Below, piece after piece: positions 12,451 to 25,095 of a DNA stretch of 64,000 nucleotides (its first letter is position 1; each line of letters starts with the position of its first letter). The DNA is from Eledone cirrhosa (lineage: Eukaryota). The position numbers and the translations under genes are program-made. The stretch lies in the NCBI GenBank assembly GCA_964016885.1, contig OZ024747.1:91822001-91886000 (forward strand), given 5' to 3'. The notes under the pieces are model-generated. The model did no database searches and was not told the origin of the DNA. It saw only the letters and a program-made list of their open reading frames with translations.

Positions 12451-13237
12451 ATGTATATTTATATATATATATATTGTTATACTTTGGGAGGGTCATGTTG
12501 CCAATAAGAAACACACGCACCAGTTGATTTCACTTCAATTTATTATAAATTAAATTCATAAATTTAGGAATTTATAAATTTCCGGTTGGTTGGTTGGTTC
12601 CACAACCAGACGATTGTTCATATATTGTCAAAGTTCTTCCGTCACACATTCTGTGACCTCTTCAGTGACTGGGGATTCTTTTCTTTGTTTTTGTGCCTCT
12701 CCTTTGTTCTGTCCTACACCATCTTGTTTTTGTGTGTGTTGTGTGCTTAGTTTGCGCATGTATTACATCCGGGTGTCTGAACAAATTCAGAAACGAACTA
12801 TATATATATAAACATATGTATATGGGATATTTTCATTGACTTACCTTGATATCAAATTTTCAATTTGCTGTTAAACATGGTTGTAGTGGACAGTAAATAC
12901 TAACTAAACTCTAGACTTTATACACCTGCGATATTCATGTCTCCTCAGCTGATATATGTCAAATAACTCTACCACTCACACGCTGATTGTTAGCCAAAAT
13001 GATTGCCAACTTATATCTACAATAACTGGTCAGAATGCATGTATAAATACTAACGAAGTATATTTCTGAAATTTACTTTCCCTTGCATTTTCTATAATAT
13101 ATGCTGAATTATGATGGTTACGTTATTTGATGTTAACTACATTGATATATATATATAAGGCGCCCAAAACTCTAAACGCATAAAAATACATATTTTTAGA
13201 TCCAATGATAGATTTAAAAGCCAATAAATATTGCCTC

Positions 13238-13943
13238 TCATGTGTATAGAAAAATGGACTTGACCAACGCACGCAGTAGTTTCATTTTGTACTTGAGAGC
13301 GTTGTTTTCATCTCTCCAGAGTGATTTATGTTTAGCAAGTACTGTGGCTGTTAGGGCACTCCTTGCGCGGACCTCTGGCTTTAATCTCTCTTTACTGATG
13401 ATGGCGCCATGGTACTTGAACTGCGTCACAGTCTCCAGCTCTTGACCATTTACTGTTATCTTTCTTTCTATTGGCTTTGAGGTCTTTGTCATTTTTCTAG
13501 ACACATGTGAGTCATAGACTCTAACTGCTGAACTGCAAATAAAGATCCAAACAGCGGAGATGAGATTCGTTAGGAAAATCCTGAGAATCACAGAGCATAT
13601 CCCGAACGAGAAAGTCCGCAAAAGAATCACCCAACATGTGAGCGACTTTGAATATTTGCTGACGTTGGTGAAGAGGATGAAGCTGAGGTGGTATGGACAT
13701 GTAACAAGATCAGACGCAGTGGCAAAGATGATTCTCCTGAGAACTGTGCGGGGGCAAGGGGAAGCGTAGAAAACAGGAAATGCTGGTGGATAAATAACAT
13801 AGCCGAGTGGACAGGAAAGAACTTTGTCACAACTGACGTACTCGCCCATGACCGTCAGAGATGGAAGAAGTTGGTGCAACGTTCAAAAGAGCAGTGTCCC
13901 AACTACCCCGAAAAGGGTTAGAGGACCATGGTGATGATGATGA
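13238..13943 (+). mobile_element. RTE-clade LINE 3' fragment with inverted 5' segment
   Basis: Minus 13238-13470: ITVNGQELETVTQFKYHG...KMKLLRALVKSIFLYT; plus 13475-13920: TCES*TLT..EMRFVRKILRI..NEKVR..KLRWYGHVTR..DRQRW; (GAT)n tail at about 13933-13943. Confidence 0.88.
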
Positions 13944-14114
13944 AATATTACCTACGCACACCATTTTGTAGAACTCGTTTGCTATTACAGCAATGTTTCC
14001 TTGCGTGTTTATATATTTTATTAAGTTGCAGCTATTATAATGTAAGTAAATCTAGCTTTTACTCTCCCTGTTAGATGCGCAGTGAAACAGTGAATGGTCT
14101 GTTAAAATTATATA

Positions 14115-14461
14115 TGTACAGTTCTGAAGGCTTGGAGTCACCTACGCCCTCTGTATCGAGTATCATCCTAGCTGCTGCTTCATGCTTGCTCAGCCTGTAG
14201 GTTACTACGAGCCTATTTTTCGGCTTTTTTTTATTTATTCTTAACCGGTGGTTTGACTAAGATGCCTAACACTCGAGTTGCCGTATCTTGGTCTAGTGCT
14301 TCTGTCATATACGAGTATTTTGTTAAGTTCTCCATGATTCCGTTGGTGACAAATTGGTCTTCTACTTGTACGAACCATATCTCGGCTTGTTTTGGTCAGG
14401 ATTGGGGTAGCTTCATTGCAACGACGTTTTCGCTTGTCATGATTACGTTCTGGGGTCACCA
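14115..14461 (-). pseudogene. Gypsy (Mag-like) LTR retrotransposon gag N-terminus remnant with primer-binding site
   Basis: From ATG at 14440 (minus; not the frame in the ORF track): MTSENVVAMKLPQS*PKQAEIWFVQVEDQFVTNGIMENLTKYSYMTEALDQDTATRVLGILVKPP...GDSKPSEL, matching the KLPxFW..WF..E.QF gag motif; TGGTGACCCC PBS at 14452-14461. Confidence 0.8.
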
Positions 14462-16899
14462 GATATAGCTTTCTGTCACGCTATATCTACCGAGAAAAGA
14501 CAACCCCAAAATGGGTGTTTGGTAAACGGATCTTTATTGCTTACTTATCATATCTAAGACGATAGATTTGTCTCCATTTACTCCCATTGCACTATGGAAA
14601 TACGTTGTATTATGGGAATCACTAGTGCAGTCAACAATCGTAACCCTTTTGCTGACTACTTGCTTGCGCTACATAAGCAACATTTAATAAAATGAAACAT
14701 TTATTTATTCATAACTAAAAATAAGATTAGATGATTCCTAGATATGAAACATATCTAGGAATGTGAAATCTCATTTTTACCTATCTTTTGAATTTTTCTT
14801 TGTGTTTTTATATTACAGCTAATAGATAGAATTTGATATTAAAAGCTTTTGGATTCAGCCTTGAGCTGAGAGATTTCTATAGTTTCAATAAGTTACAGAC
14901 ATTAAGATTTTCGTGGTCAAATGAATGTCATACTCATAATCTTGGAGAATATTACTGATTAAAGAAGCACCATGGATACGTGGGTTGAGATTGTATGTTA
15001 TAAATTTGGAATAGATAAGCGGTTGTTTTCAGCAGCTAGTTAGTTGATGATTAAAAGTGATTCTCAGACTGAATATTCTGGATATGCCATACGTCTATCT
15101 TGCTAAGGAATATACTGCGCATTCTGCCATCGAGTGCTGTGAGTCTGCCTGGATATGTAGAGTAAGATGTTGAATAAGTATTTTCACCTTGCAGTATCAA
15201 TCAGAGACACATCATTTCAAAAGAAAAAGTTTAAAAAACAAGATTGACTTGATGAACAGCCTCATATAGTTGTATCTCAAACTTTACATTTATCTTGGTA
15301 TATCTAATCTTTCTAGAACACTCTATTTGACCTTCCTTAATATATTTGGTAGAAATCTGAGCGTAAGAGAATACTGAATCATTCGAAAAATAAACTTTGG
15401 AATTTCATAATGGTTGAATAAAACTATTCTTTGTTAGGTTGCGTCGTACTATTAAAGAATCATAAAGATCCACCGGGGAGAGTTTTCGGAGACTATGCAA
15501 TTCTGATTGACGGTATATGCTTTATCGAATGACCTAACACAACACTCTACAACACTAGATCGATACTCAAGCCGTTTGAATTAGGTATTTCAGATTTGCT
15601 ATATAAGAGTGCTAAGGTTTTGGAGAATAAAATATATATTAGAACATTATTGTTATTTCCCAGTAATAGTCAGATTTATTAAGTTTAATATTTGCAGTAT
15701 TTTTTTCGTTTTGACATTTTTACAGAATTTCTATGTTTTTGATTAGATATGTCAGTTATGAAAGCAAAAGTGCACTTTGGGGAAACATGATCTTGCTGGC
15801 TTTAGCACATTCTTTTGGCCATTAAACTTATTTTCATTTTTCATTATCCTGCTGTGATTTCGTTGAACGTTGGTAAATATCATTCACATGGTGTACATGA
15901 ATGATAGAATTGTGTATGTATGCGTCTGTCACTATGTATGGGTGCCTGACATTATAGATTAAAACGTGAATATATGACTGCATTTAAGTGAGTATGTATA
16001 CCTATATAAATGTATATGAATATAGTTTGATACTTCATCCTTATCGTAATAGTATAAGTAATGTATTTTGCTGTTTTTTCTTTGGCTTGATGCAATATTT
16101 TTGTCATATATATATATATGTATGTAATATTTTTCTCTTGTGTACATATTTGTGTATAAATATACATATACGTGTATAAATATGTAAGTACGTAAGCATA
16201 TAAATTACATACACATATGCCTGGATACAAAACTACACATTGCTGTGAATATATTTCAATGAAGAAAAAATGTTGTTCTACTAGCTTAGCGATTGGAAGA
16301 CCTTAGATGGTCTAATATGCAACTGGTATAATATAACTGACATTACAAGCAATGGAAATCAGTCTACTAGTTATATGTAGATGAGACCTTTTGCACTGCA
16401 GCTGTTTTGATGAACATTGATGCCATATGGTATCATAAAAAATGGATGATGTCTATTCAAGTGAATAAATTTCAAAAAATCAACTTCTTGCTTCATTTGA
16501 TCTTTTGCCACGTTCCGTTTGCTATTTTCAATTCGTTGAGCCTGTTTAACTTTTTGCAAAGGCAGTTTTTTTTGCGTTGCGTATCATTATTCACGAAATT
16601 CAAAATAATATTTTGTTGACATACATACACAAGAACACATATTCACATTAATTTGTACAAATGCACACATACACACCAGACACATACATATATGTACAAT
16701 TATTTTCCTATGTGGATTTGCTTCTCATATTTGAAATATTGCTATCATGAAACAACTGCTCATACTCCAACAAAATTAAACAAAAATATTTCTCTGCTAC
16801 TACTACTACTACTACTACTATTTATGCTGCTGCTACTACTGCTACTACTGCTACTAGTACTACTATTAATGCTGCTGCTACTACTACCACTGCTACAAC

Positions 16900-17497
16900 T
16901 AATAATGATTTCATTTATTGGCCACAAGGGCCGACATATAGGGGACAGTACAAAAGACTGGGACAGTGGAGTTTTACAGAAAAATCGAATAAACAATATG
17001 AATAGCAATAACAAAGTAACAAGAAAAATACAAGAAAAATTCCCCAATAGGGGGGATGAACACCCAGGGTTCGCTCAGGTACCCCATCAAACCTGAACGA
17101 CCCGACGCTTTGAGAGCACCCTGGAAGGGCACCTCCTCTCCTCCTCAAATTTACCCACCTACAGCCGCATGACCAGAGTAGGCCCACTCACACGGGCCAT
17201 TCTCGCCACATTCACCCAGCTTTCGGCAAATGCACTTCTCTCTCCACCCTCACCTTCCTTTTCAAGGGAAACTTGAAAAAGTTGCTGAGGGATTGGCCGA
17301 AGAGAAAAGTGTCTGTCTTCAGTCCTTTCAACCTCGTCCACCATACAACCTCTTTCCCTACTGCCACCATACAGAGGAAAATTGCCTCCTCTTCCTGGCC
17401 AAAAGAAGGCGGCGGGTCGATCTTCACTATGGACTCGGCCGATAGCCGGATCCGTTCTACACGCGACAACAGCTGTTCAACATAACTCCACAAGTCT
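16900..17497 (-). mobile_element. 3' fragment of a Tx1/L1-clade LINE related to the 55-64 kb family
   Basis: DLWSYVEQLLSRVERIRLSAESIVKIDPPPSF...VVWWTRLKGLKT..FFKFPLKRKVRVEREV aligns with 59820-60172; 3' end CCCTTGTGGCCAATAAATGAAATCATTATT; sits in (TAC)/(TAA) triplet repeats. Confidence 0.9.
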
Positions 17498-17729
17498 CTA
17501 CTACTACTACTAATAATAATGATAACATGAATTATAATGGCACATGATATATTATCACTACTACAATCACTAGAATTGTGTTTGTCGGTGTTTGGTAAAA
17601 GATTGTCTGAAAGGATAGGGTCTCGAACTAAATGCTTTGTAATACATAGTCGTATGAATAAAATAATTATATGATATATACTTTCAGGAATTATATATTC
17701 CATACAAGTATTCTTCTATAGAATTTCTG

Positions 17730-17935
17730 ATTTGGGCGCAAGGCCTGCAATTTTGCATGAGAGGAAAGTCGATTAAATCGACCCAAGTGCCTGATTGGTA
17801 CTGTGTTATCGACCCCGTAAGGATAAAAGGCAAAGTTAACCTTGGCGGTATCTGAACTCAGATAATAAAAAGCGTTAACTCTATGCCATAAAGTATGTTG
17901 TCCGACGCTCCACGGATAATGCCAATCCACCGCCC
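17730..17935 (-). mobile_element. Older, longer variant of the tRNA-derived SINE
   Basis: Same head and body as 108-294 plus an extra GTCGATTAAATCGACCC segment; two more decayed SINE fragments at 18005-18140 (+). Confidence 0.8.
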
Positions 17936-18482
17936 ATGGAAAGTAGATTCGTAAGAGCTGGAACAAAATGCATTTAGATATTTCGTCATAAAACTTTACA
18001 TTCTTAATTCAAATTCCACAGTGGTCAGTTTCACCTTTTACCCTTTCATCATTGTTAAAACAAAGTACTAGTAATTCAAATCCCACAGTGGTCAGCTTCA
18101 CCTTTCACGCTTCCATGATTATTAAAACAAAGTACTAGTCTGGATTTACCAGTCTGGATTTAATTGAATATGCCCCTCGCACGATGTTTGTGACGATGTA
18201 TTTAAGTTAGAATTTATCAATGATAGAAATTTGGCAGCTTCAGTAGTTCGCCTTATAGTATAGGCGGTGGATTGGTTGAATGAAATCAAGGAAAGCCGAT
18301 CGAATATCCGTATCAAGCTTTCAGAAGGCACTTAGGTGTGTGTGGGATCAGAAATACACATAAACCGAAGGAAGAGATATGCTATGGTTGTAATGAGATT
18401 TACTACCGCGAGGGAGGCAGTATCACATACTTTCACAATTTTAAGCAGCGTAGAAGAGGTCCCCGTGCCATCACCACCAACT

Positions 18483-18537
<55 letters not shown>

Positions 18538-18543
<6 letters not shown>

Positions 18544-19176
18544 TATGTACACGTACATACACATATGAATACAGACGTACAGTAGTATGTATATATATAC
18601 ACATACATGCACACATATATATATGTACGTATGGATTCACCGAACATTTATTATAATGCTGGGTGTGTTTGTAAACAAACATCCCGTATTAAGCCATAGT
18701 GTCTAGCAACCATCGTTGCTCATTTGTTCAACACTGACAACAGCGTTCCTTTGTCAGTGTTGAACAAATGAGCAACGATGGTTGCTGGACACTACGGCTT
18801 AATACGGGATGTTTGTTTACAAGCACACCCAGCATTATAATAAATGTTCGGTGAATCCATACGTATATATATATATATAATGCTCGGTGGGTTTGTAAAC
18901 AAACATCCCGTATTAAGCCGTAGTGTCTAGCAACCATCGTTGCTCATTTGTTCAACACTGACAACAGCGTTCCTTTGTCAGTGTTGAACAAATGAGCAAC
19001 AATGGTTGCTAGACACTACGGCTTAATACGGGATGTTTGTTTACAAACACACCGAGCATTATAATAATGTTCGGTGAATCCATACGTACATATATATATG
19101 TGTGCATGTATCTACATATATATACATACTACTGTACGTCTGTATACATATGTGTATGTACGTGTACATACTTATA
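18538..19176. repeat. Nested double palindrome (two tandem hairpins inside long inverted arms)
   Basis: Identical 10-nt loops CAGCGTTCCT at 18741-18750 and 18965-18974, each flanked by near-perfect arms of about 90-115 bp; outer 18538-18655 pairs with about 19060-19176. Confidence 0.95.
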
Positions 19177-19294
19177 TTTAAGTAACAGCCGTACTTAGAG
19201 TGGGAAATGAAATTTCGTTTCATTTTTTCCGTTTATATATATATATATATATACATAATTATATATATATCTATATCTATATATATATATGCAT

Positions 19295-20010
19295 ATCGCA
19301 GCTAGAGAACAATAGCCTGCGCCTCGGCGTTTCCTTGAGGCTCGGCCTCCGGATCTGCCAGCCACACCAATGTCGCTGCAGATCCACCGTGGACTCTTTC
19401 GGCTTCCACTCGCTTTCCTGTCACCACAGTGCCGGCCGCCTTCCATGCCATGCTGCCCTCAACGAGGTCATAAAGCATGGCTTGGATGCTGCAGGCTTCC
19501 CTTCCCAGCTCGAGCCCGTGGGGCTGGACCGAGGGAACGGCAAAAGGCCGGATGGCATCACCATCTTCCCGTTCCGCGGTGGCAAACCCCTCGTCTGGGA
19601 TGTCACTTGCACCGACACGTTCTGCAGCCGCAACCTGGTGCGGTCTGCGATTAACCCAGGGTTCTGCTGCACGTCGGACTGAGGAGGCCAAAGTCCTCTA
19701 ATACCAGTCGCTCTCCAACAGGTTTGCGGTTGTACCCTTGACAGTGGAGACTTCTGGTGTCCTCAACCCTAGGGCTACCTCCGTACTCACCACAAGAGGC
19801 GATGAGCTGGCCAGCCGCAGGTATGAGCCCCGTGAGTTGGAGTGGCTTTTCCAGCGCGTCTCCCTTCCGTCTCCCTTCCGTCCCCCGCGGAAATACCTTC
19901 TCCATTCTGTCCGCCGGGGCTGTGGTGAGACAAACCGATTATATTACGAATTCTGTTGAATAGTCTTAAATACGATTATTAGAAGAGTGACACTTGACCT
20001 TATGATCCCT
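19295..20010 (+). mobile_element. CRE-clade non-LTR retrotransposon 3' end (zinc knuckle + restriction-like endonuclease), frameshifted
   Basis: LRLG..CRC...HSLSC, CHAALN, KRPDGITIFPF, LVWDVTCTDT, EEAK, VETSGVL, LEWLFQRVS, RGNTFSIL; flanked by (TA)n. Confidence 0.88.
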
Positions 20011-20017
20011 CAAGTGT

Positions 20018-20126
<109 letters not shown>

Positions 20127-20193
20127 TATATATTTATAAAATACATATATATGTATTTATAAAATATCTATATATACATACATAAATATATAT

Positions 20194-20270
<77 letters not shown>

Positions 20271-20754
20271 TATATATATATACATAAATAAATAAATATA
20301 TATATACATAAATAAATATATATATATACATAAATAAATATATATACATAAATAAATATATATATGTATATACATAAATAAATAAATATATATATGTATA
20401 TACATAAATAAATAAATATATATATACATAAATAAATAAATATATATACATAAATAAATAAAAACAAATAACGAAACGAAATTAAATTTCGTTTCGTTTG
20501 TAACTCACTTTTGTATGACTGACGCTTAAACAATTAAGTTAAAGATGTACATCCATATATGTATACTGAAATACTAGTATGTATATGAATACACACACGT
20601 ATACATATGTAGATGTACCAAGTTTTTTTCACTGGTCACTTTACTGTGAGTGGCCAGCTATTCTGTATGTAAACACACAGACAAACCGGTTTTTAGAGTC
20701 ATACTGGTTTTTGAGGAAACACCTTTCCTCTATTCTCCAGAAAGCCAGACAAGG

Positions 20755-20799
20755 AACATTGAACTAGTTTCGTTGTTGTTACAACTCATCAGCAATATT
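20755..20799 (-). ncRNA. Type I hammerhead ribozyme (left arm)
   Basis: Exact reverse complement of 21661-21705. Confidence 0.85.
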
Positions 20800-21660
20800 T
20801 ACCTATCTTCCGGCCTCTCTAGAGAATCGTAAAAGCACATATCGTTATATGCTTTTTCTATGAAAATTAGTAGTGGGCAGACTAATTTGCGTAGAGTGTG
20901 AGTAAGTACCGGTTCAACGGAGACGATAAAAACAAATAACGAAACGAAATTAAATTTCGTTTCGTTTGTAACTCACTTTTGTATGACTGACGCTTAAACA
21001 ATTAAGTTAAAGATGTACATCCATATATGTATACTGAAATACTAGTATGTATATGAATACACACACGTATACATATGTAGATGTACCAAGTTTTTTTCAC
21101 TGGTCACTTTACTGTGAGTGGCCAGCTATTCTGTATGTAAACACACAGACAAACCGGTTTTTAGAGTCATACTGGTTTTTGAGGAAACACCTTTCCTCTA
21201 TTCTCCAGAAAGCCAGCAACGAAACTAGTTCAATGTTCCTTGTCTGGCTTTCTGGAGAATAGAGGAAAGGTGTTTCCTCAAAAACCAGTATGACTGTAAA
21301 AACCGGTTTGTCTGTGTGTTTACGTACAGAATAGCTGGCCACTCACAGTAAAGTGACCAGTGAAAAAAACTTGGTACATCTACATATGTATACGTGTGTG
21401 TATTCATATACATACTAGTATTTCAGTATACATATATGGATGTACATCTTTGACTTAATTGTTTAAGCGTCAGTCATACAAAAGTGAGTTACAAACGAAA
21501 CGAAATTTAATTTCGTTTCGTTATTTGTTTTTATCGTCTCCGTTGAACCGGTACTTACTCACACTCTATGCAAATTAGTCTGCCCACTACTAATTTTCAT
21601 AGAAAAAGCATATAACGATATGTGCTTTTACGATTCTCTAGAGAGGCCGGAAGATAGGTA

Positions 21661-21705
21661 AATATTGCTGATGAGTTGTAACAACAACGAAACTAGTTCA
21701 ATGTT
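21661..21705 (+). ncRNA. Type I hammerhead ribozyme (right arm)
   Basis: Stem I AATATTG/CAATGTT, CTGATGA (21668-21674), stem II GTTGT-aaca-ACAAC, GAAA (21689-21692), palindromic ACTAGT stem III, GUU triplet with predicted cleavage after 21698. Confidence 0.85.
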
Positions 21706-22699
21706 CCTTGTCTGGCTTTCTGGAGAAGAGAGGAAAGGTGTTTCCTCAAAAACCAGTATGACTCTAAAAACCGGTTTGTCTGTGTGTTTACATACAGAAT
21801 AGCTGGCCACTCACAGTAAAGTGACCAGTGAAAAAAACTTGGTACATCTACATATGTATACGTGTGTGTATTCATATACATACTAGTATTTCAGTATACA
21901 TATATGGATGTACATCTTTAACTTAATTGCATAAATAAATAAATATATATATATATACATAAATAAATACATATATATATATATATAAATAAATATATAT
22001 ATATACTTAAATAAATATATATATATACATAAATAAATATGTATATATATATACATAAATAAATACATATATATATATATCTATATATATATATATTCAT
22101 AAATAAAGAAATACATATATATATATATATACATAAATAAATATATATATATATACATAAATAAATAAATATATATATATACATGAATAAATATGTATAT
22201 ATATACATAAATAAATATATATATATAAATATATATATATACATAAATAAATATATATATACATAAATAAATAAACATATATACATATATATTTACATAA
22301 ATAAATACATATATATATATACATATACAAAAATAAATATATATATACATAAATAAATATATATACATAAATAATTATATATATACATAAATGAATATAT
22401 ATATATACATACATAAATAAATAAATATATATATATACATAAATAAATAAATATATATATATATATACATAAATAAATATATATATATACATAAATAAAT
22501 ATATATATACATAAATAAATATATATATATACACATACATAAAGAAATAAATATATACATATATACATAAATAAATATATATATACATACATAAATAAAT
22601 ATATATATACATAAATAAATATATACATATACATAAATAAATATATATATCTATATATATATGTAGAGTTTATATTTAATTTGTTGTGATACAACAAGC

Positions 22700-22860
22700 A
22701 AAATATTTTTCAGGGTATGTCAATATTTATTTATAAAACTAACCTATATTATATTTTATCTGATGAAAGCGCACCATAGTTTGCCTTGGTGGCCCTTGAA
22801 ATATTTATAATGAAATAATTATGGTTTTATAAATATAGTTTCCATTTGTTAATATATTGT
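22700..22860 (+). mobile_element. Solo PLE pLTR fragment with hammerhead (22752-22817)
   Basis: TATTTTAT CTGATGA AAGCGCACCA..TGGTGGCCCTT GAAA TATTTA TA ATGAAATA followed by ATGGTTTTATAAATATAGTTTCCATTT, as at 7186 and 11584. Confidence 0.75.
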
Positions 22861-23827
22861 ATATATATATATATATACATAAATAAATATATATATACAT
22901 AAATATATATATATATACTTAAATAAACAAATATCTATATATATGTATACATAAATAAATAAATATATATATATATACATAAATAAATAAATATATATAT
23001 ATACATATACATACATAAATATATATACATATTATATATACATATGTATGTATGACATGATATGATATGATGTATAGCATATCTTTGTGAGTATGTGTCT
23101 GTGCGCGTATGAATATGTGCGTGAGAGTGAGTGTATGTTTGGCTAAACGTATTTATGTAAATGTTGACGTGTAGGAGCGTATTCGTATGAAAGGAGAGAG
23201 AGAGAGATGGATGATACAGCAAAGAACCTCACATATAATAACACATCATAGCTATCATGCTTTCGATATCTGAAATCCACGAATGAAATTAAAAGCATAT
23301 CAAATCCACAACTACTCGTCATTGTCTAAGGAAACCAACAAGAGTAATTTGATTCATAACTATATTTATTTATTACGTATATTTCCATTGGGAAAGTATT
23401 GTTATTTGATTTGAGGTGACATCTATATTCATTTGATTCGGATTTAACGGTGACAAGTTGTCATATATATGTCAGGTAGATTTCAGTTAGTTTCTTAACT
23501 CAGGAAACCTCGTGATCTGAAACTTAAGAATTACGCAGTAGCATTATTAAAAGATTTTCGTATTAGCTTAGGCTACAAGTATATTTCTTTAACATATTAA
23601 TTTGTTGAGATGGAGGCATATTTCACTAACATATGATTATGAAACCCTCCCTCGCCACTCTGGAAATGCACGCATATACCACTACCTTTCTATTTCAGTC
23701 TGCATTTTTCTGTCTGTCACACACACACACTCATAAGACGTCTCTGTTGAGCTTGTCTGTCTTTGTGAAACCTCTGGTACATTGAATAATCGTCTTATGT
23801 TGTTTATTACATAGTTATATATATATA

Positions 23828-23948
23828 TAATTGTTTCTACTTTTTGGCACAAGGCCAGCAAATTAACCAGTGCATTACTGGTACTTTATTTCATCGACCC
23901 CGTAAGCATGAAAGGCAAAGTTAACCTCGGCGGGATTTGAACTCAGAA
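23828..23948 (-). mobile_element. 5'-truncated tRNA-derived SINE
   Basis: Matches 108-221; ends after the B box; flanked by (TA)n. Confidence 0.85.
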
Positions 23949-24747
23949 TATATATATATATAATGTGCGTGTATAAGTTTGTTTGGAATCAGCGAGCGAG
24001 TTTCAAAATAGAAATAGAAGCTTTCGCCATATTTTTGACTAAAATATTTGTAGCCTAAGAAATGGATAAAGATGAGTATTGACGTACACACACACACACA
24101 CACACACTCACACACTCACACACACATATATATATATATATACACACACACACAGGCATATATATATGTGTGTGTCTCTGTGCGTGTGTATATATATATA
24201 TGTGTGTGTGTGTGTGTGATTGTGAGGGTTTTGGTTGCCGCCAAGGTCGTTATGTTGGTAGAGAACCTCCAATAATTATTGATTGTGTCACGTCTTCATG
24301 ATTGTTGACGTCATAACGACCATCGGACTTTCGTTGGGAATAACACGGACACCTGTTAATAATAATATAAAACGTAACCTAATGTTTGCAGCCAGACAGT
24401 GGTTAATATCATCTCACCCTCTGTCCATTTAACTAATAATTATAAATAATGTTTCAACTGCTTAATGCCCTACCTACCGAAATAACCTGTTTTAACCCAT
24501 ATCATTACACGAAATAACCTGTTTTAACCAATAACCACAAAGTTTAATGTTGTGATTGTTGCTTGTAACATACGTTATAGTTGTCGTTCTCATGATATTT
24601 CGAAGGTTCTTTCCCTGTCTTATCGAGTCTATTCTCGATGATAAATTCCAGTAAAATAGTTTCTACTCCATTTGAAATCTATATTAGGCGTTTTTAGGTT
24701 AAACATTATACATGTTCTATGGATCAACTATCAAATAAAATGTAAAG

Positions 24748-24919
24748 TACCGTATTTCCCGGCGCCGATGACGCTTCGTCCTCGACGACGCACCCAAATT
24801 TTGACAACCAAAAATTTGCAAAAAAAATAATAAACAACCTTCGACCTCCAAGGTGCATGGTAGATATTTAAGACTTATTTTAGGTAAAAAAGTAGTCTTC
24901 GACGCCGCGAAATACGGTA
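24748..24919. mobile_element. Tc1/mariner-superfamily MITE (TA-CCGTATTTC TIR); partial inverted copy at ~35955-36103
   Basis: TACCGTATTTCCCGGCGCCGATGAC ... GTCTTCGACGCCGCGAAATACGGTA terminal inverted repeats with TA ends. Confidence 0.8.
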
Positions 24920-25095
24920 ATTATAAATAAATGTACTGTTCAACGCAGGTTATAGTTGTCGTTCTCATGATGATCATAATTGTCGTTCCTGTTGTAGTTG
25001 AAGTTGCTGTTGTTATTGTTAATATAGAAAATACTTTGTTGAATAGACCACTAGTTTGTGTAGTAAGTTGCGTGAGTGTGTGTTTATGAAAGATA

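Larger units (their letters stand above)
20457..21928. mobile_element. 468-bp hammerhead-containing tandem monomer in head-to-head arrangement (retrozyme-like / non-autonomous PLE)
   Basis: Period 468 bp on both arms (ORF-track twins 20579/21047 and 21413/21881); inversion junction at 21216/21217; no real ORF; inserted in a (CATAAATAAATATATA)-type microsatellite. Confidence 0.85.

Noticed and set aside
12845-12925. Minus-strand exon with perfect AAG|GTAAGT donor
   Set aside because: Stops in all three frames and a weak acceptor; no other support.
20579-21881. Repeated 60-77 aa ORFs (MYMNTHTY..., MASYSVCK...) as small protein genes
   Set aside because: They recur only because of the 468-bp repeat, are antisense to the ribozyme strand, and have no recognisable motif.
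24221-24539. Solo LTR (TGTGAGGG...AACCACA)
   Set aside because: Only weak terminal inverted similarity, and no TSD or second copy in the window.
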